Source: Octopus vulgaris
Taxonomy: Eukaryota
Assembly (NCBI GenBank): GCA_951406725.2
Contig: OX597825.1
Location: 372,001-436,000, forward strand
Direction: 5' to 3'
Length of the DNA stretch: 64,000 nucleotides
A program made the position numbers and the translations under genes. Under the pieces are notes generated by a model. It saw only the letters and a program-made list of their open reading frames with translations, had not been told where the DNA came from and did not search any database. This document shows, in pieces, positions 27,640 to 41,524 of this stretch. Within the stretch, counting starts at the first letter, position 1; each line of letters starts with the position of its first letter.

Positions 27640-28095
27640 TAATACAGTTTGAGGGCTAAGACTGCACCTTATAACAGTCACGTCAAATCTGTATTAATGT
27701 ATGGCTCAGAATGCTGATGAATGTTACAAGAAGACACAAGTGCCCAAGTAAAATGTATTGCATCACACCTAGGCTAACAAAGCATCAAATGAGGAAATGT
27801 ACAGCAAGAGTTGTTGCAATAGTGTTGTCGTTGAAAACAATGCCAGTAACTAGAGTAGGTAGGTAATACACTCAGAATGGACCTGGTTAAGCTACCAAAA
27901 CTATCAATATGACGGATACCATCTGGAAAGTGAAAGCCTGAACAACCAAAGAACACCTGGTACAGAACAGTTGAAAACTGATAGAAAAAGATCTCACATC
28001 AGGCGAGACACAGAGTTGCTCTTGAGGACCAGTTTGAATGCTGTTGAATCAGTGTAGCCTTATTTCCCAACTAGAGAGTAGAAGATTGATAATAA
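27640..28095 (+). mobile_element. RTE LINE 3' fragment
   Basis: YNSHVKSVLMYGSEC and a PKNTWYRTVE-like remnant. Confidence 0.6.
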
Positions 28096-28885
28096 TTCTT
28101 TCTATAATAGGTACAAGGTCAGAAATTTTAAGACCAGAGGGCTAGTTAATTACATCGAACAAACCTAGTGCTCAACCAGTATTTTAATTTATTGGCCTCA
28201 AAAGGATGAAAAGCAAAGTTAACTCTGGTGGAATTTCAGCTCAGAACTAGAAAAATTGCTGCTAAGCATTTTGTCCACCATTGCTGTCTTAAGAGGATTA
28301 AAAACAACAGGGTCACAATGGGGTGAAATAAAAACCAATCAACATTATTTTTGATTGCAGAAGGTATTGAAGCAAGTTTGAATTAGTGGGTGAGCTCTTT
28401 CTATGGCTCTAGAGTCGTAACAATTCTCATGGTAGACAAACAAGAAAAACATGCATTGATCAACTCTGTCATAATGTCAAATTACAAATAGAGACCCCCC
28501 CAAAAATGGTATGGAATACAAGAACGCTTTGATAGAAAGAGTGATTTTGGTCTGTGCAACCCACCTGAAATGATAGGCCATCATCTTCCAAATTATTAGT
28601 GGTATTGTACAGTAGTAGTATATAAAAAAAAAAAAAGTAGAAAGGTGAAAGTATTTAACTGTACCTTTCCAATATATGAATAAACCTTATAATGAAGCAA
28701 GCCAACCCCCCCCCCCCCAAAAAAAAAAAACAGTGGAACCACTACTCTATAATGATAAGAGCTTCAATGACTGAACGAATATTCCAGAAACATGAGTTCA
28801 TATGACACCGCAGGCAGTGTATTGTACACATATTTACACGTCTAAGATTTCATGCCTCTTTAAAAAATATCATTCACATTAATTA

Positions 28886-29930
28886 TCAGGTTGGAAACAA
28901 AATTCTCACACAACATTTTTATATACATTTATTGATTTATATATAAGTAAATGCAATATCTTTTGATTGAATATTTTCATCATTTCAGAAATGAAGTTCC
29001 AAAAATGGCCCAGCAAATGACTCTCTAGTGAACAGCTATGTATTTTGTCACTGTATGATTACAAGTCCAGCCTAAATGCAGGTCAATCACAATGTCATAT
29101 CAGCCAAAAATTTGGAAAAGATACAACTGGTTGTCACACAGCCTACAATTGGTTTAAGAAGTATCAGCCTGACCAATTGAGTCTCTAAAACCAGCCAAGT
29201 GGTCAACCGTCACTTATTGGACAATGACTGTTTGTGCACCTGTGTTGAAGTTAATCCACACTTGACATCACAGAAGCTGGCTGATAAGTTTGGCATCAGC
29301 CATACAGCCATTTTGCATCACTTGGAGTCAACAAACTGGACATATGGGTCCCATGCAAACTGACCGACTTTGACCGTAAATGCCAGCACGACGCTACTGT
29401 CCAAGAAGTGTCATTTTGATTGGCTGAACAAAGTGGTTACTGCAGAGCAGAAATGGTGCCTGTACTAAGGCAAGACATGCAAAAGAAGCTGGACAGGCAA
29501 AGGTGCAACTGCACAACCTCAGGCAAAGGTAAACCTGCATTAAAAGAAGCTCATAGTTTGTGTCTGGTGACATGCAAAGAGCATGATTCACTGGGAAATG
29601 TTGGAATGCAATCAGACCATCAACTGTACTGTCAACAACTGCAATGGGTGGCAGATGCAATTGCGCAAAAACATCCAAAATTGACTGATGTCATGTTGCT
29701 TCATGATAACACCTGACCACATGTTGCAAATCTCACCATTGTAAAACTTCTCGAGCTGGAGTTGGATGTTCTCTCTCATTTGACCTGGCACCAACAGACT
29801 ACTGGCAAACTGTTCACAACTAATGAAGAATTGAAAACTGCAGTAGGAGACTTCATTGATAGTAAACTAGTTAATTTTACAACAAAGGTATCCATGATCT
29901 ACCCTATCGTTGGAAGCAAGGGATCAAAAA
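28886..29930 (+). mobile_element. Old mariner element, degenerate
   Basis: TA|tcaggttgg left end, WFKKY, DIWVPCKL (WVPHEL motif) and LLHDNT*PHVA. Confidence 0.8.
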
Positions 29931-30809
29931 TAATCAACATTACACGTCGGCAAGTTTTTGTCTTTACAGCTATGACAGCGGAATGGTGTGTCAGTGTGTG
30001 TGTGTGTTGACTCGCATAACAAACAGCTGGGGGTGAAACTCTTGACAAAAAACTATGAGGTGGCAGGTCCAAGGTATATAAAAATACACATTTACTGTTC
30101 ACTTACCAGTTCATAATTATTGCAGCAGTTGCAAGGTATTTACAATCACATAAATGGAGTTTCAAGACAGACACGAGATGAGACTTTCCCAAGGTCAGCA
30201 AAGACATAATGCAGCACATCAGACAGAGTCTCAAGAGAGAAGGAGGATGACATTTTCCCACGATCAGCAAATACATGCTGCAGCACTTAATGCTGGATCA
30301 TTAAATCAATGTTTTAATGATTAGACAGAGGTCCAATGGAATAGCTCTCAGAAACAGACTACGTACAAATTCATTCTTCGCAACTGCTGCAGCTACTTTC
30401 AGATATGATCCATCCCATTCTTATAAAAATGATACTTTTGTCCAAATCGGTGTACTAAACACAAATTGTCATTTCTGCAAGGCTTTAAAATGAAACAAAT
30501 GGCATGTGTTGCTCAGACGGTCAGGTAAGGTTGCTAGCACTACCAGCTCCTCCTCAACCTCTTATGGATCTTCTGGAAGGCACTTCCATCCAGTCAAAGG
30601 ATTTTCTGAACAATATCAGACAATACAACTCTACACTTCAAATGACATTGTTTGGTGAATCTAAGGAGATAGTTGAACATGGATTTACACTGACTTCAAA
30701 GTTCAAGGGCAAATCTATCACCTCATTGGTTCCCTGTTAAACACAAATGAACAGCCACAGTTCCTCCAAATTTACTTTATGAGTGTCATAGGACAACAAA
30801 CCCGAAGGA

Positions 30810-31127
30810 GGTGTCAAAACTTGAGACAATGGGTCATGCTACATGTAGTGCCACTCACTGCAAAGGAGAGTATATCCAACGACAGCTTTGCAGTGTGTTA
30901 AAAAGCCACATAACCCCCACCCCCAATTTTCCATGACAGGTTAGGACCTGGAATACTCCAAACAGATGCATGACATGTCACATAGTAGAATTAGGCCATT
31001 ATTTATTCCACAAATGTTTTGTAATCAATGCTGCACTTTCCCATATCACCTGTTTCAACATAACTGTAATATATTATATGCAAACTGTACCATTTGAATG
31101 CCAAGCAACGCTGGGTGTCTCTGCTAG
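30810..31127 (+). mobile_element. Probable small non-autonomous Helitron nested in the larger Helitron
   Basis: Interrupts the coding remnants and ends gccaagcaacgctgggtgtctctgCTAG|T. Confidence 0.45.
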
Positions 31128-31489
31128 TTGCTAATAAAAGTTGTGCGAGAACTTTGATTCCAACCTGATGTTAAGACACTGTGTAAAGAGACTCAGTCTG
31201 GTAAAAGAGAAGCTAATGAGCAAACTTTGCCATTTACTTCACCATGGTTAATAAAATGTTAGAAACAAACTCAAGTTCATCAAAATGATTATACTCATCC
31301 CCTTAAAAAAAAGTAAAATATATAAAAAAACAAAACAAATGCAGGGAACATATCTTACTCAGAGTGAAAATGAATGAACACTCAAGAAAATATAACTTAC
31401 CAATGTGGAATGAAGTTGCTGTGTTGATAGCTGATAGTGAAAGAGAAGTTCATCAAACTGGAAGAATGTTGATCTGCAAGTTCTAAGCA

Positions 31490-32900
31490 GAAGACTCTGC
31501 AGCCAAAGCGACTTGAAACATACATTCAGTTTATGGGAAAGAATGCTTGAATGAAAGAACTTGCAGAAAATGGTTTGCAAAATTCAGAAGTGAAGATTTC
31601 AGCCTTGAAGATTAAAATCGAACATGACATCCAGTTGAGTTTGATGATAAGCTCCTTGAGACATTACTTGAAGAAAATCCTGCATTATCAATTGAAGAAT
31701 TGACAATAAAGCTTAGTTCAAACCATACAATTGTTCACTGTCATCTTCAACAACTTGGAAAATGAGTGCCTCATGAAATGTCCGAAAGCAACCACAAATC
31801 CCGAGTTGACATCTGCTCTTCTCTCCATTTTCGCGAACTCATTTCACCCTTTTTGGATAGACTTGTGACAAAAGATGGATCTTCTATCGAAATGTTAAAC
31901 ATGTTAAAAAGCACAGGAGTGGCTGTGTGGTAAGTAGCTTGCTTACCATCCACATGGTTCCAGGTTCAGTCCCACTGTGTGGCACCTTGAGCAAGTGTCT
32001 TCTACTATAGCCTCGGGCTGACCAAAGCCTTGTGAGTGGATTTGGTAGACGGAAACTGAAAGAAGCCCGTCGTATATATGTATGTGTGTGTGTGTTTGTC
32101 CCCCCAACATCGTTTGACAACCAATGCTGGTGTGTTTGCGTCCCTGTAACTTAGCAGTTCGGCAAAAGAGACCGATAGAATAAGTACTAGGCTTACAAAG
32201 AATAAGTCCTGGGGTCGATTTGCTTGACTAAAGGCAGTGCTCCAGCATGGCCGCATTCAAATGACTGAAACAAGTAAAAGAGTAAAGAGAGTCGTAAACA
32301 GTGGCTTGGTAAAAGGGAAAAAGCTCAACCACAACCGAGAAGGGAACTTCATGGGAAAAAGGTTCTTCTATTTGGTGGGATTGCAAAAGAGTAATTCACT
32401 TTGAATTGTTACCACCTAATGCAGCAATCAATGCTCAAGTCTAATCTCAGCAATTAGAGCATTTGAACCAAGGTATGAAGAGAAAAAAGACCCGCTTTAG
32501 TGAATCGAAAAGGAGTGATGTTTGATCAGGACAATGCATGACCCCACACTGCAAAGATCACATTACAAAAGATCGAAGAGCTTGGTTGGGAAAAAATTCC
32601 TCATCCACCTTATTCTCCTGACCTTGCTCCTTCAGACTACCATTTGTTTTGTAGTTTACAGAATCATTTGGGGGCCATAAACTTTTGCAAGCCAGGAGGT
32701 TGAAACTGACATTTCACAGTTCTTCGCTTTGAAACCAAAGGAGTTTTACATAGATGGGATTAAAAAGCTTGTAAATAGATGGAAGGAAGTCATTGATTAA
32801 TCAGGGAAAGTACATTGATGATTAAATTTCAATTAAGTATAACATTTGATCACTTGATTTCTTGATTCAAAGTTTGGACAGAACTTATGGGATGACCTGA
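31490..32900 (+). mobile_element. 5'-truncated mariner inside the Helitron, itself split by a SINE
   Basis: [49 protein letters not shown]. Right TIR gaacttatgggatgacctga|TA. Confidence 0.9.
31914..32290 (+). mobile_element. tRNA-derived SINE (family A)
   Basis: A-box ggctgtgtggtaag, B-box ggttcagtccc and (agtaaaag) tail. Other copies at 60626-60991(+), 59395-59730(-), 49065-49230(-), 53550-53700(-) and 44348-44650(+). Confidence 0.88.
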
Positions 32901-35113
32901 TATATTTACTGAAAACCAAAGATAAATGGCAAAGCACTACCAAGACACTATGGCCAACATAAGGAAATTTGGAAAGCCTACATTTTTTTGTCACCTTTAT
33001 CAGTAAATCCAAAAAGGGAAGAAATAACAAGAGAACTAAACTCAGATCAAACTGCAGTGGATTGTCCTGCCAAAACAGCACAAGTTTTCAAAATGAAGCA
33101 ACAGCAACTGCTAGAGGACATCGAATCCATAGTTTTGGAAAAGTTAGTGGCATATGTGAGCACAACTGAATTTAAAAAAAAAAAAAAGAGGTCTACCTCA
33201 TTGTCACTTTCTATTTATAATAGAAAACAGTCACAATTCATGGCAAGAAATTGTCAAAGTTGTCTTTGCTGAACTTCCTGAACAAGACAATCCAAATACA
33301 GCTGCTCTATTCAGTTTGATGAAGAAATACATGAGACATGGACCATGTGAAGAGCCTAACATGACTTTGCCTTGTTATCCACTGTATTGTCAATGAAGCC
33401 CAACTGAAGGGACATCAAAATGGATAACTGACAAATGGTCTTCTATAACACCTGGCTACAACAGATATACAAAGTTCATATTAATAATGAATGGCAATGC
33501 AACTCAAGACAAGATCACAAAATATGAATCATGGAGACTTTTAGAACTTCCAATTCAACAAAAGAAGTCCTGTTGAATGCCTTCAGATTCACTTGCCCAA
33601 TCATTTGTCGTTTTCAATATAAACAACCTGGAATATACTTTGCAGCCAGCTCAAACAACTAAACTCACTGCTTACTTTGATAAGAATCCTGAAGATCCAG
33701 AAGCAAGAAGTATTCTCTGTTATAACTTGCCTGAGTTTTATATACGGCAGTCATCAAGTAAGACCTGGCAAAGGAGAGAAAGGCAACCAAAAGGAATCCC
33801 ACAGACAATTGGTAGAGTTTACACTGTCCAACTGTCTCAGGGAAAACTCTTCTCTATTGAGATTGTTGCTTTTTCATAGGATTGGAGTTACAAGTTTTGA
33901 AGATCTGCTGACAGTCGATAAAGTAACATGTGAAAGCTTTAAACAGGTGTGTTAGGCTATGAATCTTCTTGAAAATGACCAAGAATAGAAAATGTGCATA
34001 AATTCTTCACCTCCATTATCCATCTAAGCCTCTAACATTATACAACATGTTCTGTAATAATCTGTCTGAAGACTTTCTGCATTATAGAAGAGAAACAATG
34101 ACTTCCAAGCAGGCAACAGAAGCAGCTGTGTGTGCTGAATCATCAATTAATTCAGTATTACCATTTAACAGATGATTATGATTTACCTGTCGCTAAACCA
34201 ACTGCATCTGTCATTCAAGAAAAAATAGATCCTTCAACAGAAGCCTACAACCATGATCGCACTGACATGCTCAACAATGAACGGAGGATTGTCTTTGAAA
34301 CAGTGAAAACAAAAATTGACAACAATGAAGGGAATTTGCTATTTATTGATGCTCCAGGAGGAACAGGTAAGACTCTCTTGTTAAACTTACTGCTGTCTTA
34401 TGTTCATAAAAAAAGTGGAAATGCCCTTGCTACAGCTTCCTTTTATATGACAGTGACACTGCTAAAGCTCGGCTGCACAGCTCATTCCTGCTTCAAGTCC
34501 CACATTCTAGCAATGTCAACTTCAATGTGTTATGTTTTGCCTAATGACACAACTAGGTGCCTTCTATACAATGCTCAGCTGTTGGTGAGGGATGAAGCCC
34601 CAATGTGCCACTGATATCTTGAAACTTTAAATTGCACACTTCAGGATCTCATGAACAATAAGCAATTCATGGAAAGAAAATTATTGGTCTTTGGTGGAGA
34701 TTTACAACAAATTCTTCCTGTAATTCTGAAAGCCACTTGACTTTCGCTTATTAACACATGCATAAAAAGATCTTCACTTTGGAGTGATTGCAACGTCTTG
34801 CATCCATAGACAAATATGAGAGTTCTAAATTGTCTGAATAACAATAATATTAATACATATAATCGGCTAAATCAGCATGCAAATTGGTTGTTGGAACTGA
34901 GCAAAGGAAGGATTCCCAACACTTGATGGTGATCTCTTATTTAAGGATGTCATTATAATTTCATTTTCCATGACAGTCAGCTCCAAAGAAGAGTTATTTG
35001 AATTTTTCTTGCCAATTTACCAATGTACTACACAAATGAGCAGTGGATGTCTTCATCCTACTCACACAATCAAGATCAAGATTGGAGATCCAGTAATGTT
35101 ATTACAAAAAATA

Positions 35114-36367
35114 TTGGGTTGGCCAATAGTCTGTTTTTTTTTTAGTATCAACTGTCCGATCTTCTAATCACTGTTCCGATAGTCTTTTTCTTTAGAAATT
35201 GTATTCGGTATAATGACCATCAGTGTGTAACAAGCCTCAAAGGAGAGAGATTGCAACTTGTTTGATTGCATTTGAGCCTAGACATGGAAGACCAGGCAGA
35301 GCACTATCGGCATCTTATGCTTTTTTACTTCAGAAAAGGAAAGAAAGCAACAGAAACTTGCCGAAAGTTATGCAATGTGTATGGAAAGAATGCTGTTTAA
35401 GAACGGGTGTGCCAGAAATGGTTTGCTTGATTTCGATCAGGGAATTTTTCAGTAAGAGATGCACCTCACTCTGGCCGGTGAAAAGAAATTGACATTGACC
35501 AACTGAGAGCTGTAGTCAAATAAGACTGCAGTCTTACGACCAGACAAATCACAGATATTCTTAACATATCCAAAACAAGTGTGGAAAATGAATTGCATAA
35601 ACTTGGTTCCATTTCTAAACTTGATGTTTGGGTTCCCCATAAATTGACAGAAGCAAATCTTGTCCAGAGGGTTTCCATTTGCGATTCACTACGGAAAAGG
35701 GAAAACAACGAACACTTTTTTGAGAAGAATTGTTACTGGAGATGAAAAGTGGGTAGTTTACAATAATGTGAAATGAAGAAGATCATGGAAAAAAGCAGGG
35801 GATTCTCCAAAACGAACACCCAAAGCAGGTCTTCACCCAAAGAAAGTTCTGTTATCAATATGGTGGGATTGGAAGGGTGTTATCTTTTTTGAACTTCTTC
35901 CTTTGAATAAAACCATCAATTCAAAGGCTTATTTTGAACAACTGGATAAATTAAAAACGGCCAGAACTGGTGAATCGTAAAAGCGTTGTTTTCTACCATG
36001 ACAACGCAAGGCCACACACTGCTTTGATTACTCAGCAGAAGTTGCTGCAGCTTGAGTGGGAAGTTTTGCCTCACCCTCCGTACTCTCCAGATCTGGCCCC
36101 ATCGGATTTCCATCTGTTTCGGACACTGCAAAATTCATTGAATGACAAAATTTTAATTCTGATGAAGACGGGAAAACTTTCTTGGAAACTTTTTTTGCTA
36201 ATAAAGAACCTAAATTCTTCGAACAGGGGATTAAAGATCTACCCAACAGGTGGCAAAAGGTTATAGAAGCAAATGGTAACTATTGTATTGATTAAATACA
36301 TTTTTCACAATTGTTTAATTTGTCTTGATTTTCACCTAAAAACGAACAGACTTTTTGGCCAACCCAA
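35114..36367 (+). mobile_element. Full-length mariner (1254 bp) with TIRs and TA duplication; transposase broken
   Basis: TA|ttgggttggccaa...ttggccaacccaa|TA. WVPHKL, IVTGDEKWV, HDNARPH and [13 protein letters not shown] (DD34D). Confidence 0.95.
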
Positions 36368-37852
36368 TAGATCATGCTCAAGGCCACTGCAATAGTACTC
36401 ATTACATGGTACTCAACACTACTGACACTTTACTGACTTTGAGGACAAGTCAACAGTGTTGATACTGGAACAGTGCTGACCTTTTCTTGAATTCCTCTTT
36501 GGCCCTCTGAAACAGACTTACCATTCACTCTACAAAGATTGCAATTTTCTCATGTCCCTTAATAAGAGTCAGGACAAAGTTTAGAAAGATGTGGACTGTA
36601 TCTATCTGATCTAGTATTCATACATGGACACTTTTATGTTGCTAACAGCAGTAGGAGACCCTGAAAACCAATGTATATATGCAGACCAAACAGAATTCGG
36701 CAGCACAACCAAGAAGAGACAAAATGATAGAAAAAGAAATTTAACGAGGAATGTTGTTTATATTGAAATATTGCTCAAGTATTTAAAATAAATGTTATTG
36801 CTCAAACTGTTATTAATCTTCACGAGAAGGTCAATTTAAACATTATTTGAACAATTTATGAATGTACGTGCATAATTAACAGATATTTTTACCAGCAGAT
36901 AGCGATGGGTAACAACTTAGTTAAGATCTGGCCAACTAGAACCGTCATTATAAAAGCGCACACACACACATCCTTTGCATACATTGATATTTTGAGTAAA
37001 TTGCAATGAGCTAGGTATAGACCTTCTTCTTGTGTATATTGTGGAAGTTACAGAAATGTTGGAAACAAAATCTACAAAAAGCTGAAAGTCTTTTTTGGAA
37101 TTATGAATGACATGAAAATCTATCCCACATCAATTGTGAAAACAACAAAACTTCCAGAACTCAAGCACCAGCTGTCACATTTACACCCACATACAGAGAA
37201 GGAGAAATATGAAATGAAAGTTTCTTGTAATGTATGATGGGTGACTAGGTTAGCAATGAAGGTTTTGTCTTCAGAGTGAGTGAAGAGAAAGTCAGTCCAG
37301 CCGTATCTCACAATAGATCAAGACTAAGAACAAACTGCTCTTATTCCCTCACACATCTCTAAAATAATGAGTACAAATGAACTTTGAAATTCAGAAGATT
37401 GTCTTTCGATGTATTTAGAAAATATGTCTACAAAAAATTAATAAACGGAAAGACTATGAGACCAGGTGGAGGATGGAGTGAAAATTTAACAATGAAAAAT
37501 GAATACCCTGAATTTGAAAATTGAAATAAAATCAGTTTAAAATAAATTTCAATAGACATAAAAATGTGAATGTGTGGCTGTGTGATTCAGTCTATAGCAA
37601 ACATAATGAGATGTGTGTGTGTGTGTGCGTGTATACACATATATGACAAAATTAAAATCATCACTGCCCCCCCCCCCCTCCCCTTGTGACTTCAGAGCAA
37701 AATCCATCCCTGAACTCAAATTATATTCACACATCCATCGCAAACAGATGCAGCTTCTTTTATTTTCGATCCCTTTGCATTTTTTCCTAATCCTTTCCTT
37801 CAAACACTCATATATTGAAATTAATAAGAGTAACCATTACAGTACATTATAT

Positions 37853-37887
<35 letters not shown>

Positions 37888-39113
37888 AATACACATATAT
37901 TATATCATTTGATATCATGTATATTATATTGATATTATATATGTGTGTGTGTGTGCTGTAATATGGCAGTTTACAAATCAACTGAACACACACACACACA
38001 GAAACCTACCAACATGACCTGTCGTCAACAGTGCGAAAGCCATCCTAATAAACAACAAAGATAATTTCTAAAAAGCCTCCAACAACTAAAATAATCTCTT
38101 GTTCTGTCTAAGAATGAACCAATCCCATACCAATATCTATGGAACAGAATTTTAGTTTTGAGTTTGGCAAGATGACATGAAGAGTACACGGTACTGATAC
38201 AAAATATGTTAAATATACCATCCTCTGGCATTCCTTCATTTAATTCTACCAGACATTCTACTGTGTGTGTTCTACCAGGCAAAACCTTAACTGTTGTACG
38301 CATGAGTGTGTATATGCAAGCATGTGCACTCATGAGAATATATATTTTACATTACACACACACAATATATATATATTATATAAACACACATGTGTATGCA
38401 TTGTATGTATATATATATTCAACAGGCTTAAACAAATACATACATGCATACATATGTGTATGTATAAGCCTATTGAATAACTGAGGTATATATGGTATTC
38501 TACTGACAAACAGTCAAGTTTTAACAAATTGTAGAAAACAATAGAAATATATTATTTAAAAATAATATTTGAGGTATTTAGACAAAAAAAAATATTAACA
38601 TAGATTTGGAATAAACATTTATAATATATAAATTGTTGTTTTTGTTGTTTCTTGTTTAAATTAATAAAATTTATGAAGAGACTTTAAAATTGTTGGCTGG
38701 ATGAAACTTATTTTGACGACAAAGACACATGATGCTGGTAAAATGTTTCCAAATCAAAACCTCCAATACACAGCGGCCAGACTGCAGAACTCTCAATACA
38801 GTGTTCTCTCTTGAATTCTATTCAATCAGAAAAATTAAATTTTAACTGGATGAACACAGCCAATCTTATTACAAATGAGTGACATAATATGGTAACCTTT
38901 TCCAGCAAACCTGTCTTGTTTTCTTTTCTTCCTAATTCCAATTCCAAAGAATTCTTGCCATTCTAAATGCCAGCACTGTTACAATTGTGATGTTGCAGGC
39001 AAACTTCTCAGATGTTTCATTTCTTTACTTGTATATATATAATCATTCTTTTTCATCCCTTCCATTTTTTAAACCAGAGCTAACTAAAAGAAAGTCTTTA
39101 AGAGCAGCAAATT

Positions 39114-39196
39114 TCATGTCCATAAAGCATCAAAATTTAGTTTGAAATTGGTCCAAGAATGAGCTTTCGTTAATGTGATCTCTGACAAGCTGTACC
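39114..39196 (-). CDS. DCP2: DCP2 last coding exon (GYSLSEITLTKAHSWTNFKLNFDALWT*)
   Basis: Acceptor atttcag, TGA at 39116-39114. The aromatic-rich WTNFKLNFDAL resembles the metazoan DCP2 C-terminal F-x-F-K-F-D-type tail. Confidence 0.82.
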
Positions 39197-40485
39197 CTGA
39201 AATTAAAATAACAAAAAGAAAAATGGGAAAATATTTTAAAATATTTACCAAATCAGTTTTCCACTTTTGTTCCAAAATAAAATAAAAATTTAAAAACAAG
39301 AAAAAAAAGAGAAAAATGTAAACACTAGCTTGAAGAAAGATGATGAGTTGACAGGGACCCATCTAACAGCAGTAGAAAAGATAAAGAGAGGGCAAAGCAG
39401 GATTGTAGATCAAACTTTGGAGTATGTTTATAAGTGATCTGATATAGCTGTAGTAAAAAAGATAGAAGCATATCTATAGGTCACAGGTAGAAGTGTATTT
39501 GTGAATGATTTCATGGCAATCAATCGCATGGTCTTTCTTTGGTTGGTTGTAGCTACAGGTTAGCATTCATTGAATATTGTTTTTTTTTTTTTAAATCTAA
39601 TGTGTTGATTATCCTTGTTTTAATGTCCACTTTTCCATACTTGCATGGGACAGATGGAATTTGCTGAAGCAAATTTTCTACAACCTGATGCCCTTCTTGT
39701 CACCAACACTGACCTGCTTCTCAGGTAATATTTCCCCATAGCCAGATGTTTCCGCAAAATATTGGAAATGAAAGCCATGCAAAAAGCACTGATGCTGGTG
39801 CCCCATAAAAAAGTACCTAGTACACTCTGTAAAGAGTGTGGTGTTAGGAAGTTGTAGAAGCCAAGCCAAACACAGTCTATGTCACCTGGTGTGGTCCTTG
39901 GCCTTGCCAGCTCCTGTCAAGCTGTCCAATGCATGCCAGCATGGAAAATGGACGTCAAATGATGACATGATGATGTTGCTTGCATGACAGTGACGTTCAT
40001 TTACAAGTATCACATGATGTCAAGGCAAGATGCCATGCAGTGGGATTGAACCCTAACCATGTGTTTGGAAAGCAAACTCCTTACGACATAGCCACTCCTG
40101 TGCTTTGATAGAGTCAGAAATTGTACTGATCGCTGAAACCAGAGTGAGCAAGGTGACACTGTATTCCTCAAGCAGTATGTGATCGCTAACCTAAGACTAG
40201 ACAGGATTGGAAGTGTTATTTATGTTTTATATTTGCCTATAGACATTGAGAGGCATAAAGCTTTTATATAACTGATATTACAGCATTTTGAGCACCAACT
40301 TGAAACAGAAAAGAGAAACGGACTCTTTGTAATGCAGTCACCCCACAATCAGTAGGTATACAGACAGAGTCCTAACAGTAAACCCACTGCCCTTTTTGTT
40401 CACAAATTGGTGATTCTAACATATATCATTTTATACTTAAAATAGTAGTTTCTACTTAATAGCACTGTAGTGTGTTAGTGTTTCT

Positions 40486-40713
40486 TATTTCTTTATTGCC
40501 CACAAGGGGTTAAACATAGAGGGCACAAACAAGGACAGACAAAGGGATTAAGTTGATTACATCGACCCCAGTGCGTAACTGGTACTTAATATATTGACCT
40601 CGAAAGGATGAAAGGCAGAGTCGACCTTGGCGGAATTTGAACTCAGAACATAGCGACAGGCGACATACCGCTCAGCATTTCACTCAGCTAACGTTTCTGA
40701 CAGCTTGCCACCT
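40486..40713 (-). mobile_element. tRNA-derived SINE (family B)
   Basis: Minus-strand head ggtggcaagctgtcagaaacgttagc and B-box gagttcaaattcc. Other copies at 28098-28285, 55001-55183, 55184-55365, 56194-56406 and 57827-58059. Confidence 0.85.
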
Positions 40714-41067
40714 TGTGTTAGTGTTTCTATCTAATAGTGTATTGTAGTGTTTCTACTTAATAATATTGTAGTGTGTGAAAGCACCCACTACACTCTCGGA
40801 GTGATTGGCATTTGGAAGGGCATCCAGCTGTAGGTACTCTGCCAGATCAGATTGGAGCCTGGTGCAGCCATCTGGTTTGCCAGCCCTCAGTCAAAATCGT
40901 CCAACCCATGCCAGCATGGAAAGTGGATGTTAAACAGTGATGATGATGTGCTAGCTTGTGTGTCTATGTGGGTGTCTGATTGAACATGTAGTTGACAAGG
41001 ACTGGACTGACAGAAGCACAACATTATAAAAGGTATTGAAAGAAAATCACCCAAAAATGAGACTTAC

Positions 41068-41086
41068 CTTCATCTTTGTCTCGAGT
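41068..41086 (-). CDS. DCP2: DCP2 exon 8, 19-nt microexon (TRDKDE-G)
   Basis: tttttctgtttcag|ACTCGAGACAAAGATGAAG|gtaagt has strong splice sites. It converts phase 0 to the phase 1 needed by the last exon. Confidence 0.78.
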
Positions 41087-41524
41087 CTGAAACAGAAAAA
41101 AAGGTCATCAGAAATAGCAAAAATGAGATAATTATTAAAACAGAAAGTAAATACTTAGGAAAGTAACTTGAGTCAATCTTTGTCAATAAAATAAATTTAT
41201 TTTTAATTTGATTAAACTGTTCCCCATTCTTTTTCTGTCCTGAAAGTTACTTAGCAACTTTGCTAGTGCTGGTGGCATGAAAAAAGCATCCATTACACAC
41301 TGTAATGTGGTTGGCATTGGGAAGAGCATCCAGCCATAGAAACCATGCCAAAGCTGACATTGAAACTAGGTACAACTTTGCAGCTTGCCAGGTCCTGCCA
41401 AACCATCCGGCTTAAGACAACATGGAAAACAAACATTAAATTACAAAGGTGATGATATTTTTTTTTTTTCATTTGTTTTATATTTATTTTTTCCATAGTA
41501 GCATGGGTTCGATAAATACAGGTC

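Larger units (their letters stand above)
30100..36921 (+). mobile_element. Decayed autonomous-type Helitron (Rep-Pif1 helicase) with nested insertions
   Basis: CHFCKAL..MCCSDGQV, NIRQYNS, KVQGQIYH, YNLP..NEVA, FFVTF, EFKKRGLPHCH (HUH motif), FIDAPGGTGKT, DEAPM, GGDLQQILPV, NKSQGQSL. Hairpin-like 3' end at about 36890-36921; 5' boundary uncertain. Confidence 0.9.

Noticed and set aside
31914-31985. tRNA-like A and B boxes (also at other SINE heads)
   Set aside because: They continue into a SINE body and tail and do not form a full cloverleaf.
34132-34614. Host PIF1 helicase gene
   Set aside because: Intronless, broken and collinear with Helitron Rep motifs.
36925-39113. DCP2 3'UTR end and polyA site
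   Set aside because: Probably partly UTR, but the candidate AATAAA (minus strand, about 37764-37759) cannot be distinguished from AT-rich background.
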